This document shows, piece by piece, positions 25,526 to 64,000 of a DNA stretch of 64,000 nucleotides. The translations under genes and the position numbers were made by a program. Source of the stretch: Phoronis australis (Eukaryota > Animalia > Phoronida). Positions within the stretch are counted from its first letter, which is position 1, and every line of letters starts with the position of its first letter. The DNA lies in NCBI GenBank assembly GCA_002633005.1, contig NMRA01000798.1, positions 1 to 64,000 of the forward strand. Direction: 5' to 3'. The notes beneath the pieces were generated by a model. It ran no database searches. It worked only from the letters and a program-made list of their open reading frames with translations, and was not told the origin of the DNA.

Positions 25526-27399
25526 TCGCAAAAAAGGAGATTTGACGGTTTCTCCAACCTGTGAGAGAATTTGATCCGTGTTGATGGACAAAAATGATGT
25601 AGTTTAATCTATTGCATTTTACCATGCCTGGAACGTGGTTGTCAAACACATATTGCAGTATTAGCCTCAACATCAAATTGTGACTGAGATAATGAATGTG
25701 ATTTTGAAATTTTCGTCAGTCTATTCTTGTTCGAGATTTTGTGGGAATACATGCTGTTTTTCTCTGCAACATAGCTTGTGGCGTTCCCCGGGCAAAATAG
25801 ATTACGATAAATTAAATTTAATTTGTTAAATGCATTTATCGTGATTATTTTGAAGAAGAGTTGGGTTGGCGAAAATGGTTACTTATTGGGATATAATAGA
25901 AAAATACAAATGAGAACTTAGCTCTCAAAAATGCTGAGCTTTTAGAAGCAATAAACAGCTGGCAATTTTTGTGCATGAAAAACTCACCTCCTGTGAAAGT
26001 TGAGCGATCTCCGTAAAATTACAATTTCCATACAAAACTCGACTCACAAAAATAAAACATCCAGGCATTATTTTTTTAGCAAACAGCACGTTTTTTCGTC
26101 AAGGACTTTAAAGATCTGAGGTTAAAATTTTATAGAAAATAGAAGAAATGCCATCATGAATTTCCTAATGCTACTGGGCTAGCGCCGACAAAATTTGCAG
26201 CTTCATGAGAAAACACCAAACAGTGTACTACTTGTAATCAACTTTATAACCCACAAGTAATTGCTTTCTGAGATTGTTTAATAGACTAGATACTATAATC
26301 ATAAAGACAGTCATTTGGGACTTTCTCTAACAAGAACATCGCCTCTCCGCCTAGCGCCTGCCGTGGCGTTTATTTTGTCCATAGGTGACCATAAGATAAT
26401 ATGAACCAAAGAACTAATTATTTACAATTTAATTCAGCAAATAGTAAGCATAAGCTGTTCTCATAGTTTTGTCCTAATTAGTAAACACCACAAACAAATG
26501 TTATTCTTTCTGAGACAAGCAAAATAAGCAATTGTGTTTGACCACTGTGTAGCAGAAATTACTCACCAATGTTCTCGGAACATCTCAGAAATTCTCACTA
26601 ATTTTATGACAAATGGAATAAGCAATAAACCAGCTAGTACGGAATACTGTCATTTCACCGGGACCAATCGTAAACTATTAGACCAAAACCACCCGATCTC
26701 TGATTATGACAGCAAGTTGTCATTGTAAAAATGTGCGACACGTTGGCCGAGCTATGCTGGACCTGACGTTTGGCGAAAAGAAAGTAAGAACAATGAAAAA
26801 TCAAATTTGTAAAATGTTTATTAAGACAAATATAACACTGTAGAGCAATAACAGCGCCTGAAAACATTATATCGTGACGTCAAAATTACACAAACATCAA
26901 TGTATAACTATATTTTTAATATTTAAGTATATAAATGCAACAACAAATTCGATGACACAAGATTACGTAAATAATTGTTGAAAATTCGTCACGGTCTCAA
27001 TTAAACAAAACTAGTCAAAATGGAATGATGACTCAGATTCAGGTGTATCTAGTTCACTAAAATGTAATCTTTTTTCCCTAAGATCAAAATGGATGCTTTA
27101 GATCAGTTGTAAGTTATGTCGTAAGTCTCTGGATAAGACTAGATACGAAAGAAACGTAAAGTGAGTTGATTAGTGAATTTGACTCAGTGGCCCAACACTA
27201 TGGCACCCCCAAAGCATGATGACACTAAATCAGATAGCTATTCCGGCGAGGAGGGTTCCTGAAAAGAAAAATCTTTGACGTCTCATGAATCTAAAACACG
27301 CTTACTTACCCGACCATTTTAGCACGAAAAATAGTCTAATCTCTGCAGTTTTGTGCCTCTTCAAGTTTATTGCGAAACCATTTACTTTTTGTATTCTTA

Positions 27400-27485
27400 T
27401 GCTACCGCTAGATGGCAGTCGCTTGCGGAAGAAGTCGGAAACTACCGATCACTTATGCAAGGTCACGGAAATCTAAAAAGGTGAA
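27400..27485 (+). promoter_or_regulatory. Putative SDHB core promoter with clustered CGGAA (ETS/GABP-like) motifs and a CTCF-like motif
   Basis: GCGGAAG, TCGGAAA and ACGGAAA lie within 60 nt of the ATG; CCGCTAGATGGCAG at 27405-27418; no TATA box. Confidence 0.4.
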
Positions 27486-37361
<9,876 letters not shown>

Positions 37362-38839
37362 GACAGTACTGAAATGTGGGCGCTCTCAGCCATCTTGGAC
37401 TGAGTAGCAGACTTGTGCTGTCCTCTCACTTTCCTATTTATTTACTTGAAGTATCCATGTATTGTGTTCAAATTGAGCATCTTCAAACAATTAACAAAAT
37501 GTTGTGGTAAATGTATCTTCATGTCTAATCGTACTCTGTGTGTGTCTATGAGTTCTGACATGGTAAAGCGCCTATAAATCCACATTTCATCAAGGAAACT
37601 TTTGATTTAGACCACTTACCACTTGAAAATTGGTCTCAATTTGTTCCTTACTTAGATTGTTTAGAGACCTACTATCAAATAAAATGGCACACCGTGACAA
37701 GTCAACTTAGAGAGCCTTTTTTCAAGCAATAACAAAATGTCAGTTCTTTGGAAGCCTGGAAATCTCTTGTATTTTGTTTTAGAAACAGTTTTAGAGCAAC
37801 TTCATCAGGGGCAACTGGTAGAAACCAAAAGTTGCTTTTTGTAAGTTTAATATCTTACAGTTATTATATCTTCATGTCTAATCATACTACTGTGAGTGCT
37901 GCTATTGTAAGGCAACTGTATGTTACAGTTATTACATTTTCTAATCTGATAGTACTGAGTGGCGTTATGAGTTCTGCACTCCAGACATGAGACAAGTTAC
38001 AACCATGTGAACTTTAATGCAGTGTTGTCAGGTTTTGACGTGTTGAATGGAGCATTATTAGCAAGTGAACCTTGTAACCTTGGCGCATTATGGCTTGGCG
38101 TTATTGTAATGATAATAGTAGTATAGTGTTGAAGCTGTTGCTATTATTATTAAAATACAAATAGACTAACACATGTACTGTGCCAATGTGCATATTTTGA
38201 ATTTAATAAAGTTAACTTGACAACAGTTCGGTTGTTATCGTTTTCTTCTTGTGCAGTAGTGGTCACCGGCAGTTCTTTCTAACCTTGTTTTCAAATGGGT
38301 GTTCTTGTGACATCAGTTTACAGCGTGCTATGGGTGCTTCTGGGTGAAAATTCTGGGCCGTTTTTATGTGCCTGAGCGATGAAACTGAGAAGACGTGCAT
38401 TGATAAATCAAGTTGTGCACCTAACTGAAGTCGATATTGGCAGGTGTGTCAAGGGCAGCTGGTGTGCAGTTTTGTAAGAAGTTTACCTGTCAACTTTGGG
38501 TGGATAATTTCAACTGTTCTGTTAAATAGGAAGCTAGTTGTTTGAAGCCAGGAACAATCCCATGACCTACACTTAGTGGGTTAGGTACACCATTACGTAT
38601 AGTCTGTGCTTTAGTGGTCGTAGTTTCTCCTTGGAGACTGCCACAAAATGTTAGGGTTGCTGCTAGGCAGTCAAATCCAAATGCGATACCTGGAAAAATA
38701 GTTATTCGAGACTATACCTAACGACGAAAAACTAATCAAGACCAATCAACTTTTGCCGACTCCCTAGCAGTGGCTCGAAGCTGGTATTATATATGGTCAT
38801 GTTGCTGTAAGTCACAACAAAGCGGCGCCCGAGTGTTGC

Positions 38840-39330
38840 CTGGTATTTATTGTAATATTTAAAATGAGGGTGGCCTCTTCAGTGATAGGCACTCCTTTCC
38901 AAGAGGGCCCTCAACTACAAAATATAAAACAGTACGTTAATGCAATAAAGAAGTAAAATAATAATTAAATATATGTAACAAATATACAATTAAAACAGGT
39001 TAGGAATTCAGATAATAAATAAATGACGATCATGATGAAAATTTGATTAAGAGAGATGAAATAGATAAAGAGGATACTAAATGGCGAGAGTATTTACAAT
39101 AATGAAAACGACATAATTAAGACAGGTACGGTGTAAGAATGGTTCAGTAAAGTACAGAGTCTTTTTAATATTAAGTTAGAAAGCATTAATTGAATTGGAC
39201 CACTTAACTTCTGGACTAAGAGAGTTCCATATTGCAGCAGCATCATAAATAAAAGATCTCTTGCCGGTCTCGGCTTTTTATTTTTTTTAAAAGAAACATT
39301 ACCAGCAACGGAAGAACGTTTAGATTATAT
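38840..39330 (-). mobile_element. 3' fragment of a CR1/L2-group LINE
   Basis: Minus strand encodes ETGKRSFIYDAAAIWNSLSPEVK..SINAF, a typical RT C-terminus, followed by an AT-rich 3' UTR and a terminal stem-loop (GAGGG..CCCTC, 38866-38912). Confidence 0.65.
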
Positions 39331-40177
39331 AGCTTGACTGATGCTTACAGTCCTGGAGTTCTGCCCCTTCTGCTGACACGGGGATGGTCTAGGGAGGGGA
39401 ATAATGCACCAGCATATCCCCAATGATCATGTCCGCGACAGGTATATTACAGGTATTACAGCCGTCGATAGAAAAAGAGGACCAAGGGCAAAACAACACT
39501 GCCCCCCTGACCCACCACCCCACAACAATCCCATACGTATGCATCTTCCGTATCCTCTCCAGAAAGGTTGTAAATGAAAAACATCATAAAATGCATGCGT
39601 TTTCATTCTCATACTCAACGGATACCTTTTCAAGCTTTATGCAACTCAGCCCTGATGTGTATCGCGTCGTTTCAATGCACTACGTTGTACTAAACATACA
39701 ACTTACAAGATCTACAATGCGTTTGAATTTCTTGACAATTTTGTACTGAAAACTGATTGCGTATCGCACTGTTTATTTCCTTAGGATCACTCCCGAAAAA
39801 GGTACCGAGTCGATGCCAATTTTTGCGAAATATCATTTAAAGGTTGTTTTAGAAATTCTGACCACCCCTTGCGTAATCTTGGCTACGGGTCTGGGCAGGC
39901 TACGGGTCTGGGCAGGCTACAGAAATTTTTTAGAGCCTCTCCATGCAAAGGTTCAGGAATGCTAGTATTTCAAATTTTACTGTCGTGTAATGTTGCTGAA
40001 GTGGTTGGTGCATCTCCCTCATTGGCTGCACGCATCACCTTCAAGTTTATGTACAAAATCCTGAGTCAAATCAACGCTGTATTTGCAGTAGAATAATTAA
40101 GCATACGCTGGAAATCTAGACATGGAAATCTCCACAACAGACCAAACATCGGACTCTCTTAACTGTATGGCTGATTA

Positions 40178-40327
40178 CATGGGCGGCGCATCATAGGGGA
40201 CTGGGGGGGGGGGGGGCTATAGCCCCCCACTTTTTTGAGTGCTACGTCGCACATGGTCTATAGGCGGTGAACCACGGGGGGCTGAGGGGCTTTAGCCCCC
40301 ACTTTTTTCAGTGCTGCGTCGCCCATG
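40178..40327. mobile_element. CATG-terminated MITE dimer (related fragment at 6865-6985)
   Basis: CATGGGCG..CGCCCATG with exact 5-bp TSD GATTA. Confidence 0.7.
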
Positions 40328-42304
40328 GATTAGTAACGTTTGGGTAAATTCGCTGCTACACTCAATCCGTAATAAGAAGACCTCTCAAGCACGACTATCG
40401 TGGCCATTCATAATTTCCCAGCGCTGTGGGCAGGAACTGATCACACTGTTTTGTTTCCTAACAGTTCCAAAATGTAATAGTCTGCAGACAATTTTCAGCA
40501 ATATGGACTCCACACAGGTGGGCTTCGATAAGTACATGTTGAAAATATGACTAAAAGACTTTTCTTCAATGTGTGAGCTCCTGTCACTGCGTTGTTGCCG
40601 TAACCCTAACCACGATAATCATCTTCATCTGGTACACCATGCTACTCCGGCCAACGTTCCAAGGATCATTGCTGCTATAGGTTTGGGACTTCGTATTTTT
40701 GCTTCACTGTCGAACATGGCGCAAGATGAACATAATTTGCGCGGTTCTACATGAGCAAAGTTAAGTGCTGCATCAGCAATTTTACTGTAATACTACTAGG
40801 CGTTGGCCCGTTATTCAAAGCTCCTCTTACCGCTAATTAGGCAGCATGCCATTGGGTTCAACTGTGGCTGTGGAGCTATATTGTCAGTTGTTTTTTTTGA
40901 GTGGGGATTGAAATTTTTAGCCGATTAATTTGGTGACATTTTACATTGTGTATCAGGGCATTAAAAGTTAAAGTGAACACATACTTGTGGCTTTATTGGT
41001 ACGGCGCTAGTTAAAATCCCCATCAATATATCTTCCTGGGAAATCGCACCCTTTGCCTTTCCCCACTGCTGCCCAGAGTTACGCGATCATGTGCAATTTT
41101 ATGTTAGAGAATGATTGCGATTTCCATAAAATTCGTCACCCTAAAAACGTGAGCATTTTTCAAAAAAAAAATCGTTTTAATCGAAAAGATTGATGCAGTT
41201 TGACCGAAAATTGCAGCATTAGAGACGAAGGAGTGGAAAGGGCGAAACATTTTTGTTGTTCATTTTTCGGTTTACTCAGCCACCTCATTACATATTATCG
41301 ACGCTCGTTGGTGTGCATACCCCATCCAAATTGGAACTAGATGTCCGTTATTGGGGAGAAGGGTGGTTGGCGTTTTTCAATGCAAATCTTCAAATGATGT
41401 CGAAAAACATTGTGAGGAGTCTGTACCGTTGCAGTTTTTTCAGATCCTGTACCGGTGTTCCAAATACAAACGCCCCGTTATATTACTTAGTTAGTAAGAA
41501 ATGACCACAAGGTGGCGAAGTTAGCGTTTTTGTCACCACAAAGTTCATATCGGAACTTGCTCAACTGTCAATGTTGGGAAAGTGTCCTCACATTTTATCA
41601 AGCAACTTATCACTGCTTAAGATAGCGCCGCAGGAAATAGTCAGCACTGGTGAAAGATCTGGAGAACTTGCCGGTGTGGCATTAAAATTTTTACCCCGTA
41701 AATGAATTACGCAAACGTACAATATGAACACGGTCATTTTTTACGTTGAAAAAGACACGAGCCGTTTTTAAGGAGGTCTACGTGAAAAAGTGACTTTAAG
41801 TAAAATTTTCAACAAACATTACGTGAGTGTTAAAAAATGCGTCCCGACCAATCCGGCAATGAGATCACGGGCTCTCAGCACAGATACTGGTACATATTGT
41901 TTATTGTCGGGACATTTAATTAAGTTATTGACAAGATTAGCAGCTAGTGCTATTTAAACTGAGAAAATTACGAATTTCAGATTGAAGATTATTTCAAGTA
42001 GTGCGTTTAAGTTACAATGCATCGATTTTTACAAGAATTCGTATTCACTTTTTATGGAAGTCATCGTGCAAGTTATTTTCTCAAAAATTCGTTCTTAAAT
42101 TTAAACAAATATTCTACTACGTTGATTTCTGTTTTTTACGACCAGACAAGCCTCGCTGAGCGTACACAATGGGTCAATTCAGCAGCAGGGAGTGTTGGCG
42201 CCTTGCGGCCTTTGATATTGCGGTGTACCATCGGTTTGTGGTTGTTCGGAAAAATTACACCGATTGAAGCTTTTACGAATGTGTGAAAAACGCAGAAAAG
42301 AAAT

Positions 42305-42875
42305 CTGAAACTAAATAAGGCGATCCAAATCCTCTCAAGGATGCCACTGTTTCACGAAATGTAGAATATATATAGGTAAATAAAACAACAAGAATGGATC
42401 AACTGAAAATTATTCTGATTGCATCACCAACAATATTATTTACCTTATAACATGTAAAAAATGTTCTATCCAATACGTAGGACAAACTCAACATAATCTA
42501 CAAACTCGGTTTCGTAATCATAGATTTAACATAATACATAGAAACATACCTGATACTATAGGTATCATTTCAATTCCAAAAACCATAATCTTCATTACAA
42601 ATAATAGAAAAACTCCAATACCCCAGTACCCCTCACAGACTCAAAAGAGAACAATTTTGGATAGATAAGCTTGAACCTAATGGATTAAACATAAACACTT
42701 CTTAAATTATATCCTTGAATTTTTTCTGCAACTATGTATCATATTCATTACGCCACATCTTAAATGTCAATTGTCATATAGTGTTTGATTTTACTTTATT
42801 TCTGTTTCTGTTGACGAAGGATGTTATTATATCCGAAAATTTCAGTTGATCCATTCTTGTTGTTTTATTTACCTA
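42305..42875 (+). mobile_element. Short Penelope-like element copy (GIY-YIG fragment plus 3' repeat, with an inverted terminal segment)
   Basis: 42410-42705 encodes ..TNNIIYLITCKKCSIQYVGQTQHNLQTRFRNHR.. and closely matches 53439-53760 reversed; 42372-42410 is inverted relative to 42838-42875. Confidence 0.85.
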
Positions 42876-43934
42876 AATAAAAAACGCACAACTGGAAGAT
42901 TTTTATCCAAAATGGAAAGTTTGACAATCAGGCAATTACATCATCCAATGCGAAGCTCGAGCTGCCGATGCGATCCGCAAGATGTACCATCTGATGACAG
43001 AAGGACAGGCTCACTAAATGAATGGGAAGAAATGCGTCGGGGGAATTGGGCAAAGCGCGAGTGTATGTGCACAGCCGGCCTGAAAGTTGCAGCCAGGCAT
43101 GTGGACCTTCTGTCCAGAAAATGTGTCGGTGGACTGAAAAAAAAACAAAAAAAAAAACGGGAACACGATTCCGCCGCCGTCTGAGGTTTGAGCCCGCCCC
43201 CCTCATACGCTCATACGCTACCGGTACTCGTTGCTGAGCTCAATACTCTTCACGCTTCACGCTGTTGCCGTTACGTTTTGCTGCGGCAGCCAAAGGGGGG
43301 GGGGCCTGGGCTCCCCTCCTAAATACACCTATGTGTTTTATTAATTAGCACACCGTTAAGCGTACTTTCAAAGTGGATATCCATTTGCGAAATCACGTCA
43401 ACTGTATCGAACTAGGGTCGAAGCAAACATTTTCAGTAACAGAATTTAATTTTTTTATGAAAGATTTTTTTCTAGTTTATGGCCGAAAGTTCACGCGACA
43501 CTACAATGACATTCAGGACAAAGGCAATCAGAGATCACAAATGGAAAAGAAGTCCGTCCTTCCCATTTCACCCAATCGTTTTTCGTCTCGTCCGATCCCT
43601 CATGTTTTGCTGTTTTGCCGGCGTGAAACTGCTCACAGGGGTCATCCAGAATTATAATACTTCAGGGTATGATGCCTTTGTAAAAAATGAGCTTCCTTGG
43701 CGAGGGGAGTTTTTCATATTTGACGTTCCCTTATCATTGTAACTCATCATCTTATATCATGCCGTATCTTAAATGACAGAGATGAATTTTCCAGCGGTGC
43801 ACAGCCTTCTGTCGAGCAGCTGGGCATAATTCCGCCGACGGACATACGGTGGTGTAGTTACGTGCTTCGTTTGCTGTGCTTGGCGATATCTCGCAGGGTT
43901 GTTGTTGGACGTTCAGCCGTTCACTGTGGGCAAT

Positions 43935-44040
43935 GAATTGAACTTGGGTCATTGCCTCGGGTCAACCGTAGTGCATATTAGTTCTTTTTACCTGTTCACT
44001 TATATAGGTCAAGTATTCTGAGGGTTTTGTAAACACAAAA
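43935..44040 (+). promoter_or_regulatory. Putative PAH promoter: TATA-like box, nuclear-receptor half sites, forkhead motif
   Basis: TATATAG at 44001; TGAACT/GGGTCA/AGGTCA half sites at 43939-44011; TGTAAACA at about 44028; about 135 nt upstream of the predicted ATG. Confidence 0.3.
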
Positions 44041-44137
44041 CGGCCGGGGTACTGCACAGTTTTCATTATTAGACTTGGCGAGAAGCCCATGCAGTGACGA
44101 CCTGAGACTCGAAGGCCTCTGTCATTGTTGTGCAAAA

Positions 44138-63004
<18,867 letters not shown>

Positions 63005-64000
63005 TAAGTGCAAGTTTATCACTGTGCGATTTAAAATGTGGTGAAGGTCGAGCCATGTTACTTTTTGATGATAATGACTACAAAAGAAGCTGGCTTAGTC
63101 TTGTACAAAGGTTGTTACTTCACACTTCCTTTTCTCAGAATGGCCGTTACTCTGAAGATTTTGTTCTCAGAGTTTTGATCCTTCAAATCAAAGATTTAAT
63201 ACACAGCAACGTTGCACGGGCGTTTACTTCAGTCTAAGGAGCGTGCCTCCGAAATATTATAGTTTTAAAACGCGCTGTCCTGCTCGTTTTCTATATTCCG
63301 AAGAGTCACTACCTATTCTCCAGAAAAGCTGCATAAATGCAGGCGAGAAAGGTTTGAAACTTTATGATTCCTAAACGATTAGTAAAAACAAAGTTTTTGA
63401 TTGTCTCAGGTGGATTTGCTTTCTTGAAAAAGTGAGCAACTTAAAATGCCCCACGAACACATCGCCATCTCCCAGTGCATGCACATGGGCGTGGTAAAGA
63501 CGCAACATGGGTTTCGTGCAGTCGTCTTGCACTGTTTCGTGCTGTAAGGGTGCCTGTCTGAAAATTTACCCTGAAATGTTGCAAAAACACACAAAGATAT
63601 TTGGGTTTTTATCACGTTTTTTTTCGTGGAGTGGTCCACCTAATATATTTTTAGAGTAGTTTTTGAACCATAATCCGGATGTTTAAAAGCGTCCGGAGTC
63701 ATGGTCCTTCGGAGTAACGGATGGATGTGCATCATATTTTACTTTCCATGGAAATATTTGTGCACTAGAATTGATTTTTGTCTTGTTACTTGTTTATCGA
63801 TCACTGTTGTTGAAATTTGTATTTTGATTTCTCACATGACCTGGAATGTGTTACGACACGACTGGTTAATAACACCGAGAACGTAATTTTTTGATATTAC
63901 AAGGGAAAATCACAAAGTAGTGCAAAGTAGAAATCTATACGCCTTACATTTTCATGCGCCCACATATTTATGTGGTCGCATATTGCCGTCATCTCTGTCT

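Noticed and set aside
43170-43245. tRNA-like sequence on the minus strand followed by a T-run
   Set aside because: A/B boxes are degenerate and there is no cloverleaf; at most a decayed SINE head.

Overview
AT-rich, intron- and repeat-rich eukaryotic genomic DNA, most likely from an invertebrate deuterostome (inferred from gene structure and repeat types). It is not prokaryotic, and most ORFs in the supplied track are spurious. Three spliced + strand genes can be reconstructed by hand: the 3' end of agrin (last laminin-G domain, 4 exons, 1220-10752), a complete SDHB gene (9 exons, 280 aa, 27486-37361) and the 5' part of phenylalanine hydroxylase (8 exons, 44138-63003, running off the window). 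Introns and intergenic DNA are filled with transposon relics: Kolobok-like TTAA elements, AcademX- and AcademH-like elements, hAT and Harbinger-like MITEs, Helentron-like elements with internal satellites, LINE/SINE fragments and a Penelope-like retroelement with hammerhead-like motifs. The most interesting signal is in the agrin intron equivalent to the vertebrate z/B splice site. It holds a frame-preserving 27-nt candidate microexon with strong splice signals and a downstream YCAY cluster, plus a tandem array that copies the upstream exon end and its donor. A similar exon-edge repeat occurs in SDHB. All similarity statements are by-eye; no searches were run.
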